DNA from: the human T2T-CHM13v2.0 reference genome, Homo sapiens
Length of the DNA: 64,000 bases
Direction: 5' to 3' (one strand)
Assembly (NCBI RefSeq): GCF_009914755.1
Contig: NC_060939.1
Both the position numbers and the translations under genes were made by a program. The notes beneath the pieces are model-generated. The model ran no database searches. It was not told where the DNA came from and was given only the letters and a program-made list of their open reading frames with translations. Shown in pieces: positions 53,050 through 64,000 of the stretch (positions within the stretch are counted from its first letter, which is position 1; every line of letters starts with the position of its first letter).

Positions 53050-53780
53050 CTCAGAAATCTAACTACATAAGAACTGCCTTGTTCTTTTTAATGACTACAT
53101 AGTATTCCCTTGTATAGCTGTCTCATAATTTATAATAAAACCAGTCTCCTACTGAGAGATCACCTTTAGGTTTCCTCCAATATTTTGCTATTACAATCAA
53201 TCCTGCCACAAAGATTCCTGGGTAAACATTATTTTGCACATGTAGAAGTTTATTTGTGAGAAAATATCTATAATGAAGATTCTAGGAAAAAGGTATATGC
53301 ATTTTTAATTTTGAAAGATATTGCCAGACTGTCTTCCATGTAAGTCATACCACTTTAGAATGCCTATCTGGGAACATTTTTTCATTTTCTCTTTTAGGTT
53401 GTCTTTATCTTATTGATTTGTAAAAGCTTATGTATTTTTGAAATTAGCTCTTTATTGGTCTTATGAATTACAGACACTTCCCCTGTATTTTTTAATGTTT
53501 TGATTATTTTTAGCTATGTGGAATTTCTCTACTTGTATGAAGCTGAATTTATCAGCATTTTCATTTGGGGTCCCTGCTTTTGTGTCATGCTCCAGAAGGT
53601 CTTCCATACCCCAAGACTGCTTTTAAAATTTCTTCTGTGGTTTACTTTAAAACCTTTATAATTTTGCCCTTTAGCATTTAAATTTAATACATCTGGAATT
53701 CACTGTAATATAAAGTACAAAGCATGAATCCAACATTTTCTCATCCCCTGAGGGACAGCCCCAATACATTTATTTTGAAT
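53050..53780 (-). mobile_element. Ancient L1ME fragments
   Basis: TTCTTTTTAATGACTACATAGTATTCC...TTTTGCTATTACAA...GATATTGCCAGACTGTCTTCCA. Confidence 0.7.
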
Positions 53781-54059
53781 GCTTATAAGCCATTTGTACC
53801 AGCCCCTCCCTTAGCCAGGTGCTCTCCATTTACAGGAGTTCTTGAACAACCCCAACTCCTCTCTCTTAACACATGCAGTGACTGCTAATTAGTCCAACAT
53901 GTGAATGGTCTAAGGTATCACTCCTACATCACCAGTGTGTCTTTCTCTCCAGAATGAATCCCATCAGCATAAAAAATGTGGTCATACTGCCCACTAAAAA
54001 CCAAACACATTTAAATGAACTCCGCCACCACCCACCCTCTCCCTACCCCAGGTTTCCTC

Positions 54060-55490
54060 TGAGTGTCCACGCACCTTTATAAGATGACTCCTTGAAAGAG
54101 TTGCCTGTTGTCTGCACTGGGCTGTCTGTGATTCCTCTCCTCTGACTACACTCTGTCTCCTGGACCCAGAACCAAAACAGGGCTTGGCAAGGACACCAAT
54201 GACCTCCCTAGGCTAATGGTCTCCAGTGGCTGGGTCTCAGTGGTCTCCACGCTACTTGATCTATTGGAAGATCGGCAGCATAAATCTCTCCTGTAGAAAT
54301 GCTTCTTGACCTGATTGTAGGTCATGGCTCTCCCTTAGCCCTCTTTCTCTTGCCTGCTGTTCCTTCTCAGTCCCCTCTCCCAGTTTCTCCCCATCTGCCT
54401 GTTAATTATCTATGCTCCAGGGCTGAGTCCTCAGACCCTCTCCCTCTTCTATCCCTTCCCTCTCCCTTGGTGAGCTCATCTAGCCTCCTGGTTTTAAACA
54501 GCATTTAAATGCCAAGGACCCTCAGGGTGATGTCTCCATCCCAGACCTCAACACTCAGCACCAGACTCCTGTATAATTGTCTATTTGGCATCTCCACTCT
54601 GTGTCTAATTGAACATCTCAAATTAACACTTTCAAAAACGAATCTCTATCTCCAGCTCCCAAACCTGCTCCTTCCTTTCTTCCTCCACCTAAATAAATGC
54701 CAACTTCATCCTGGCAGCTGTTCAGGAAAAACCCTTGGAGCCGTCCTTGGCATTTGTCTTTGTCTCACATCTCATATTCAATCAATCACCAGTCCTATTG
54801 TGTCTACCCTGAGAATGGATTCAGAAACTGACCACTGCTCACCATGCCTGTCCTAGGCCCCAGGCCCCAGGTCCCAGCCTCCAAATTGGTCTCCTGCTTC
54901 TGCCCTTCCCCACGGCCAGAATGTGGTCCTTTGCAGGCAGGTCCCAACCTGTCATGGCTCTGGGAATGGCTCCCTCCAGTGGGTCCCATGCAATTCGCGT
55001 GGCCTCTAAGGCTCTCGAGGACCTACCTCAGAGGTCTCCATTCTCACCTCCCACCATCCTCCCCCTGCTCCCTCTGCAGCCACCACACGGGACTTCTCCA
55101 CACTCCCTGGATATACCAAGCACCTCCCTGCAGCAGTGCCTTTGCACCTGCTGTTTCCTTATCCTGGAATGCTCTCCTCAGGTGGCCACGACTCACTCCC
55201 TCACTTCCCTTATATAAAATCCCTGATCTCTGCTCAGCATCAGATTCCAGTGGCCTTCCCTCATCTCTCTAAAGCAGCAGCCTCCACCCCAACACAGGCT
55301 ATCCCCTCCCCAGCTCACGTCTCTCCATAGCACCTAGTCCCTTCTGTATCATGTGCCGGTCTGATTTCTCTAACTCCGCACCCTAGATGTGAGCTTCTTG
55401 AGAGCTGAACTTCCACAGCTGAATTCCTAGCATCTCAAGCTTGCCTGGCTCAGGGGAGGCATTCATAAGCATGCGCTGAATAAGGGAAGG
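54060..55490 (+). mobile_element. Long L2 fragment running through its 3' end
   Basis: CCAGACTCCTGTATAATTGTCTATTTGGCATCTCCACTCTGTGTCTAATTGAACATCTCAAATTAAC; GCCTTTGCACCTGCTGTTTCCTTATCCTGGAATGC; TAGATGTGAGCTTCTTGAG...CTGAATAAG. Confidence 0.85.
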
Positions 55491-58400
55491 AATTCTGTCC
55501 AAGGAGCATCTGCTATATATCCTGCCTTCTAAGGCACAGTGAGTAGATGTACAGTCAAAGGGACTCAACTTTCATAGTTCAGTTAAAGGAACTCTGTGCT
55601 AGAGCAAATAAAACTCCAGTATATTCCCATATTTGGTATAACCAGGTGGAAGCCTTGGATAAGTCCATTTATTGAGTGTCTAAAATTCCTTGCCAGAAGA
55701 TAAACTTCATCCTACAATCATACCCAGTTCACTGGAATTTGGGTAGAAAGTGTGGGAAAATACATATTATAAAAGCAGACTTTTCAACTCTCCCCTGACC
55801 CTAATCCTCCTTTTAGTCTCACTACCTTGTGAATGGTGCCTGGATGGAAACAGCGACCCAGACACCCTTCTCCACACCTCTCCAACATCCAAGAAGACAC
55901 CAATAGAAGCTCCTTCATTTCTCTCAATTCTATTTCCTTCCCACCTTTCCGGGTACCTCTGTCTTAGAGCAGCCTCATTTGTGCGGATTGCTGAGAGAGC
56001 TCTCTAAATGGCCTCGTAACCTCCAGTGGTGCTTCCTTTCTGTTGATGCTTCACCCTGGAGTGCAAATATGTCCCAGTCCCTCCCTTGCTTGGAATCCAT
56101 CAAATGTTCTTCCCTTCACGTCAGGTTCAATCTCCATGAATGATCACACAAGACTCTCCATGTGGCTGAAGCTTCACTGTGATCATGTACTGGACTCATT
56201 ACCTACGTTTCTCAAAACCCATGGTGCAATTCCAGACCTCGGTGCCTCAGCCTGTGCCACTCTCTCTTCCCAAAGCAGCCCGGCTTGTCTCACCTCCCTC
56301 TGATGTCTGCCTTTGCTGTCCCCTAGCTCCTGTATTTCCTTCTCTCAAAGCCCTTTCCAGAAGGCTATAACGCTAGCTGAAGTGTCTACCTCCCCCAGCT
56401 AGACTCTGAAAGGAAACAGCTCTTTCTACTCCCAGCCCTGCAACCAACCATTATGAGCACTTGATAGGTGTAAAATGGGCCGGTGAAGGTGTGGAAGCAC
56501 TTGGAAATGTTTATAAAACACTAAACAGGTATCACCAAGGTATTGTCACTGCAGTGTGGAAGACTGTGCAGAGGAAAAAGATTGGTCCGTGTGCCTTTAG
56601 TGCCATGCCTCACGTGCTTCCAGCCAAAGTCACATTGTCCATTTTGCACTTATCACCTCATTCATTTCACGACTGCCCCTTTGCCAAAATATCCCCGGGA
56701 TGCTGTCTGCAAATCACAAAAGTGGTTATTCAGCTTATTTTGGGACGCCAAACAGAAGCCCATTTCAATTTCACTGTTCAAATAAACATTCTACCTACTG
56801 GACTTTGATTCCAGCTGGAAATGGACCAGGTAGCTATGTATTCTCTCACATTTGCAAGAGGGGAAGTTGCTGGCCTTGCCATTTACTCCTTTAGGTCAGC
56901 CAAGGACCAGGACAAATGTACATTACACACTGAGCATACATCTGGAAAAAGCAAATATCAGAAGAAAACACTGTGACCTTAAGAGCAATCCAAAGCACAG
57001 AGCCCTGAAAACCTCCTTGCAATTCGGGTTTTTTCCTACAGAGCAACACATTAAGTTGGACCATTAACCCAAATGAAAGGTTTCAGATTTATTTCATTGG
57101 CAGATGGAAATTAAGTTGCAGAAACATATCCAGCACAGGCTAGAGTATATTTAATTTCATTTATTTTTAATTACACAAGTAATACATGAATATATTGTCA
57201 CTATAAAAATTCAAACAACACAGATAAAGTTAACATCACTCTTGACCAGTCACTACTCCACTCATTCCCCCTGCCTGAGAGGTACTGCTGCTATCAATTT
57301 GAAGTGTCATGAGACACACACAGTACACACACACATTCACACACCAAGATATGAAAAATAACTATTTAATCTTAGCTTTAGCTGAGGCCCCAAGATACTA
57401 AATACTATATTCTAAAGTAAAATACAAGATCATTATGGAGGACACCAATGGAAGTGGCCAAAAATTGTTATGTGACTCTTAATTCCTGAACTATGTCAAG
57501 GACCTGAAAGGACTTTGAGAAGGACATTAAGTGGAGAGAGGTTTTGATGAAAGCTGTCAGCCATCCACCTCCATGGAGGCAGTGAGAGATGATGCATTTT
57601 TGTTCTGCTCAAACCAAGAAAAGCTTCAATGGGACAATTTTGAGAGCTTGATATATGTCCCTGACACGGTTATACTTGGCCATCTTTTTCTGTATAAGTT
57701 TTGCATTTTTGTTTCTCAAAATCCCTTTCTTATTCTCAAGGTTAGGAATATACTCTATTTTTCTGGTGTTTTTATTGTTTAGGCATTTGATTTGCCTAGC
57801 TTTTTGTTGTCATGGTGTGATAAAGTGACCTAAATTTACTTTTTGCCAAAGGGATAACAAATTATCTCAACACCGTTTATTAAGTAAGTAGCCCTTCATT
57901 ACACTCTGGCTTGGAGGCCACTTTTATCGGGTACTAAAATTCCAAATATTCACTGGTCACTTTCTGAATTGTGTTCCGCAGCATTGATCTACTTGTTTAT
58001 TCCTTTAAGAGTGCATTTGTTACAATTCAATTGTGCTTCCTTTTCTAGAGGTTGAGAACAGCACAAAAATAATGTTATACTTATCATTGTGTGTTTTCCA
58101 GATGATACCAGGCAAAGTAAAACCTGGGTTGTGGTGACAGCAGCACTCGTGTCTGACGTCTGATGCAGACCCTTCCATGAAGGCAGGTCACTGACTTGCT
58201 CTCACCCTCAGCCCCTCTGCATATAATTCTCAGTTTCTCCAGAAAGCATTTTACCTGTGCTTCAGAGGGACTATTTAACAAAGACATTTGCCATTTTCCA
58301 CTCCTTCTTTAGCCTCCCTAGGAGATGCCCGGTGGTAAGTCTATGAAGCTAACACGGTGCACCCACACCTCCATCCCTGTCCCTGTCCTGCCACATGGCT

Positions 58401-59679
58401 GCCTCTTTTGAGGACTCCACCTGGGTCATTGAATATACTCTGGAGGGCACAGTGATCTAGCCTTCCCATTGTTTCTTACTTCTTTTTGCAGCACTGTCTT
58501 CCTTAGAATCAGGCATAAAATCATGGGACTCCAATGGAAGACTCAGGGGACCCTGACCCACGGCCAGGCAGACAGCCCCTCATGGGCCCAGATAACCCTT
58601 CATCCATATGAATTGAACACTGTAAGATATCCACAGCTTCAGTTCTCATAGCTGGGACCTCTGCTTTATGCCATAAAGTTTACTGAGAAACAAGCATTTG
58701 TTCACTCTTCTGGGCAGTGGGCACAGTGCTGCATCTTTATGAGGCTTTTGTGAGGACTAAAGAGACCCTATATGCTCAGTTCATTATAAGGGCTTAGCAG
58801 GTGCTATTAACCTTTCCTTCTCACTGAATCAGGCTGACACCCAGAGGAAGCACAGCCTCCCCTCTGAAGCTTCCTCTACTGCAGTCTCTGTGCTCATCGC
58901 AAGGATCTCTCCATATTGACTTATATTTGTTTCTGGTCTTATATTTTTCTCTATGGACAGACTTCTATTTTCAGAAGATAGATATTTAAGTCACAATATT
59001 CTGGACTCTGGCTTAGTTAGACCAACCGTCTCTTGATCGTCTGTGGAAACTGAATCAGGAACACCCCAGAGAGCTGGCTCTGGATGTAATTCACAGCTTC
59101 ATTTAATTATTATCATCAAAGTTAATGAAGGCCATAAACTGTTTCATAACATACCAATGGGAAGTGTGATTGGAGGGAAAGCTGGACACCTCACCATAAA
59201 ACTGGCACAGCAGAAACGGCTCGACTTAACAAAACCTTCTTATGAAGAAAAAGACAATGAAACCATGTTCAGTTTAGTGAACCTTTCACACTTGGCAACA
59301 TGAATGTTAAGTCAAAAGAACAATGGAGCTATGAGTTTTTTTAATCAAATTTTTATTTTGGGTCAAATAAGCCATTTTGTTTGTTTGTTATTAAGTGTAA
59401 AGAGAGCTTTCGGTTAGCTATTTAGTTATAACTTTATCTCACCCACTTCTAAAAAAGCGTTGAGGCTACTTGAAGTAAAGTCCTGTAGACGAGAGAGCGT
59501 AACACTAAAAGATAGAAAGAAAACTTAGAAGATGGAAGAGAAATAATTGCACTAGAAACCTGGCCAATATCATGAACAGGCTCCATATAGGGACTCCTGT
59601 ATATAGATCGCTGTGTGTGTGGATAGTACGTTCAATAAATGTATTATCTGAACTGCTTTTAAAGTTCTACTCTTGGATT

Positions 59680-60080
59680 CCTGAAATACTATCTCTATGG
59701 ATTTGCCTATTCTGGATGCTTCATATAGATGGAATCATTCATTACGCAACCCTTTGTATCTGGCTTCTTTCATTTAGCATGAGGCTTTCCAGGTTCATCC
59801 ATATCATAAGAAGTATCAGTATTTTACTCCACTTTAAAGTTCTGTAATAGTTACTATCTATCTATTTGGTATACATACATGTATATATTAATTTTGCTTA
59901 TCCATTTATTCATTTATGAACATTTGGATTGTTTCTACCTCTTGGAATTGTAAATCATGCTGTTATGAACATGGATGTACACATACCTGCTTGAGACTCT
60001 GCTTTCAATCCTTTTGGGTACATACATCAGGGTGGAATTACTGGATCATATGGTAACTCTATGTTTAACATTTTAGAAAG
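59680..60080 (-). mobile_element. L1MB-like fragment
   Basis: TCTATGGATTTGCCTATTCTGGA...GGTGGAATTACTGGATCATATGGTAACTCTATGTTTAAC. Confidence 0.8.
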
Positions 60081-61321
60081 TGTTTTCCCCACTCTTGGTG
60101 GAAAAAGCACAAACACAAACTGTGGAAAACACAAACTACTTTTCCTCTGCTCCCATACCACAACAATTACACAGAAGGCTTCTGTGTCCAAATGCGTGTG
60201 TGGTTTTCTCCTACATACCAAGAAAGCAATCAGTTCTGCAGCAGACACTAGCTGGGAATCCTCTAGTTCAATTCAGTACTGACACTATCTACAGAGAGTT
60301 AGCATAGCTCCCACAAGTTAAGGGCTCAGTCCTACAAAACTGCTTCCATCCCACTTCTGATGCCAATCAGAAGCACAGGTTGTTTTGCCCATGCTTCTGA
60401 ACTGCTGGCTATAAATCAAGTCACATGATCCCCAACTTAAATTTGAGTAATTTGCCAGAGTGGCTCACAGAACTAAGGGAAACACTCATGTTCACCAGTT
60501 TACTTTTAATATAAATGATATTACAAATGATACAGATGAAGAGATATATAGGTCGAGGTATTAGGGAAGGGGTGCAGAGCTTCCATGCCTTCCCTGAGCA
60601 TGCCATCCTTCAAGAACCTCCACGTGTTCAGCTATCTAGAAGCTCCCCAAAGCCAGTCATTTTGAGATTTTATGATTGAGGTAAACCATTGGACACTGGT
60701 GATCAACTTAGCCTTCAACCCCTTTCCCCTCCCAAGAGGCTGGGAGATGGGGATGAAAATCCAACACTCTAATCATTTCTTGGTCTTTCTGGGGGCCAGC
60801 CCCCATGATATGGTTTGGCTGTGTCCCCACCGACCCCCCCAAATCTCACCTTGAATTGTAGCTCCCATAATCCCCACATCATGGGAGGGACCTGGTGGGA
60901 GGTCATTGAATCATGGGGACAGGTTTTTCCTGTGCTGCTCTCATGACAGTGAATAAGTCTCATGAGATTTGATGGTTTTATAAAGGACAGTTCCTCTGCA
61001 CATACTCTCTTGCCTGCTGCCATGTAAGATGTGCCTTTGCTCCTCCTTCATCTTCTGCCATGACTGGCAGACCTCCCCAGCCATGTGCAGCTGTGAGTCC
61101 ATTAAACCTCTTTTTCTGTATAAATTACCCAGTCTTAGGTATGTCTTAATTAGCAGCATGAGAATGGACTAATACACCCCATTTGAAGCTACCTAGGGAC
61201 TGTCTGCCACCAGTCATCTCATTAGCACACAAAAAGACATTATTTTGGAGATTTTAAGGATTTTAGAAGTTGTATGTCAGAAAACAGGTCAAAGACCAAG
61301 TATATATTTTACAGTATCACA
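60081..61321 (-). mobile_element. MER21-like LTR interrupted by THE1; ends approximate
   Basis: GACACTAGCTGGG...CTGACACTATCTAC...GGCTCACAGAACT...GGAAGGGGTGCAGAGCTTCCATGCC...ACAGTATCACA. Confidence 0.7.
60806..61176 (+). mobile_element. THE1C-like solo LTR
   Basis: TGATATGGTTTGGCTGTGTCCCCAC...GACTAATACA with a perfect 5-bp TSD CCCCA (60801-60805 / 61177-61181). Confidence 0.93.
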
Positions 61322-61425
61322 CCTACAATAAATACCTAACAGGCAATTAATCATAAAACAAAAGTATGGAAAAACAAAAGTTTATAAGTCAATGTATGTC
61401 ACACACACACAGGCTGCCATCTGCC

Positions 61426-61751
<326 letters not shown>

Positions 61752-63687
61752 TGACGGTGACAAGTCCCCCTGGTGTTCTAAGACTAGCACACCCCAGCAA
61801 AAGGAACAATAGGGACGGTCTGTTCCACTAATCTTTCATTCCCTCCCAGGCACATCTGATGCCAAACTTGGGCTTTTGATGATAAGAGGCATGTACTGAC
61901 TTTCCCTGCTGCCTCGAGTTTAGCTAAGAGTAAACTCCAACTCTCTTCATTGCTTCCTACTAACTAAGGGATGAAATATACAGCATGCTCGCATAGGAGA
62001 CTGGCATGCTTCCCAGGGTCATTCTAAATGGTACCCTTCTAGATATGCAGACACCTAAAAAGAAACGGTAGGGGTTTCTCAGGCCAAGGGTTCTAGGTTG
62101 GCATGTGACCTCACCCAGAGAGCAGAGCCCCCTGTGCGGGCTGCATGCAGGTCACAGGGTCAGACAGAGTTCGCTGTGAAGCAAGCTGGTGAGGAACGTG
62201 TTGGGGAGTCCTGGAGAGTCTCCCAACACCTCCACAATCAGGCCACTAACTTTGCTGACTCAGGGAACATTTTAATTACAATAAACATCCTTCCACTTAA
62301 TGTATTTTGGGAGTTTCTTTCAGCAAATGTATTAGAGACAAAATGAAAATCACAGCCTTCAGAGAAGAGAATTAGTCATATACAAAATTTTGATCCTCAT
62401 TCTTAAGCTGCTGGGCCACAGTTGGAGGAAAAGCATCAAGTGTCAGATGGAGAACCCCCCGCCTGGGCAAGCATGATCAACAAGAACTGGATATGTCCAG
62501 TAGCCAGAAATCACTAATACATTCCTATCCCTCCGTTTTTCTTATTTCCTACATAGCTAACTTCCTGCTCCACAGGCATCTTAAGAAAAGTAGACCCTCT
62601 CTCAAAAACCATTGTGATTCCTCATTAAGAAAGACTAAAGGGAGTTGAGTCATCTTAGAATCTCATTACAATATGATAGAGAATCTTACCTTAGTTCCCC
62701 TAATATATTTTTGTGTATTAGAAAGTAGATTTTGAAATGTGAGAGTTATTGTCCTCTTTTTTTTTTTTTTTTTTTACATGAATGCAAGCTCTTGCATTTC
62801 TCAAAAAAGCAAGTATGTAGACAGGTGGTTTCTGGATCTCAGAATATACCAACAGAGAAAATAATTAGAAAAATAATTAGAATCAAAGTTTGATGGACAG
62901 GTTATTTAAATTAAGTGCCCTTCCTCTGACTCCAGGCACTGTGTAGACTCACAGTGGAGAAGCTGGTCTTACAGCTGTTACAACATTGGCCAGCCCATTT
63001 CACAGGGCCTGGCCTAGTTTTTATAGGAAATGAAGCAGGTGAATGTCAGTGTTTAGGAGCCAAGACTCCACTGTTCTCTTCTGTTGGGAAAATCTCTGAA
63101 GCATTGTTTAACAATATGCAAAGTGGAATTTCTTTCTGACTGAGTCATTCTTTTGTTGAGTCCAGGAAATTAAAGAGAACATTATTCGTGTGCTGAAAAT
63201 GCGGAGTGCATAGTGACTACATGATACATCAGGAGGCTTTGAATTTGTTGATGTGAAGGTAGCAGATGACCATATTAATGTGATGTAGTTACAAGTAAAT
63301 ACAACGCAGAGGGCTAAGTCTATTTGGGATATACAGGTAAGCTTCGAGGACTCAGCCAGGAATCTTAGAGACCTCATAGATTCCCCTAGGAGAACAAATG
63401 ACAGAATCTGACCAGCTTCCCTGGGATATCGTATAGGAGACATGTCTCCATCTCTGGTCTTCTGACATGGTATCCAGACTTTTGTACTTTGCCACATTCA
63501 CCTTTTTATAAGGAGATTGTTTTTTTCTCAGATCTTGGAAAGTTGGGGGGAGTAAGTGATGGATTCAACACACTGTTGCCTGCATTCTTCCCTTTCCCTT
63601 CCACATCCCTGTGGGACTGATTCTCCGATCTCTACTGCAGTACTCTTGTATTTTTGATGTGATGATATACCCATAAGAAGCAGTGTT

Positions 63688-63809
63688 GTGCTAACTTCGG
63701 CAGCACATACTGGAATGGTAAGAGAAAATTAGCACAGCCCCTGTGCAAGGCTGACATGAAAATGTGTAAAGCATTCCATTTTTAAAAGTAAAATAAAAAC
63801 ATAAAAAAT
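63688..63809 (+). pseudogene. U6 snRNA processed pseudogene
   Basis: GTGCTAACTTCGGCAGCACATA...ATTAGCACAGCCCCTGTGCAAGGCTGACA...AAGCATTCCATTTTT aligns to U6 with an internal deletion. A-rich tail and TSD AGCAGTGTT (63679-63687 / 63810-63818). The ACAGAGA box is damaged. Confidence 0.92.
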
Positions 63810-63867
63810 AGCAGTGTTGATTAGAGAAAAGAAGTACTAGTAACAGTAGCCAGGATAAAAAATAACT

Positions 63868-64000
63868 ATACAAAAATCAGTAACATTCCTACACACCAAC
63901 AACATCCAAGTGGAGAGCCAAACCAGGAACACAATCCCATTCACAATAGCCATTAAAAGAATAAAATACCCAGAAATACAGCTAACCACGGAGGCGAAAG
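63868..64000 (+). mobile_element. L1PA ORF2 (RT region) fragment running off the window
   Basis: Translates to [39 protein letters not shown], matching L1 ORF2. Confidence 0.9.

Noticed and set aside
63688-63783. Functional U6 gene
   Set aside because: Internal deletion, damaged ACAGAGA box, many substitutions, and TSD/A-tail hallmarks of retroposition.
63688-64000. Possible U6/L1 chimeric retrocopy
   Set aside because: The U6 copy has its own A-tail and a TSD closing at 63818. The L1 starts about 50 bp later, so these are independent insertions.

Overview
Primate DNA, most likely human. Positions 1-11.5 kb hold the 3' part of the alpha-arrestin gene ARRDC4 on the + strand: the tail of intron 1, coding exons 2-8, a ~2.65 kb 3'UTR and a poly(A) signal at 11474. 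All seven exons have canonical splice sites with consistent phases; exon 1 lies upstream of the window. The remaining ~52 kb looks intergenic and is dominated by repeats: about 16 Alus, a complete THE1A LTR-int-LTR element with a 5-bp target-site duplication (TSD), solo THE1B/THE1C/MER50/MLT1B/MER21 LTRs, L1/L2/MIR/MER81 fragments, a U6 retropseudogene and a 2-kb TG-rich array. The ORF-track entries outside ARRDC4 that I examined are repeat-derived or noise. I found no convincing new biological system. The best leads are: a hidden ~77-bp periodicity and a fold-back junction with paired AP-1 sites in the TG array; three TGCTGA(C/G)TCA NRF2/MAF-type elements, two inside ARRDC4; intact DUX4 motifs in three co-oriented THE1 LTRs; a closely spaced inverted Alu pair; and Pro at ARRDC4 codon 358. 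Repeat subfamily names are from recall and need confirming with RepeatMasker/Dfam.
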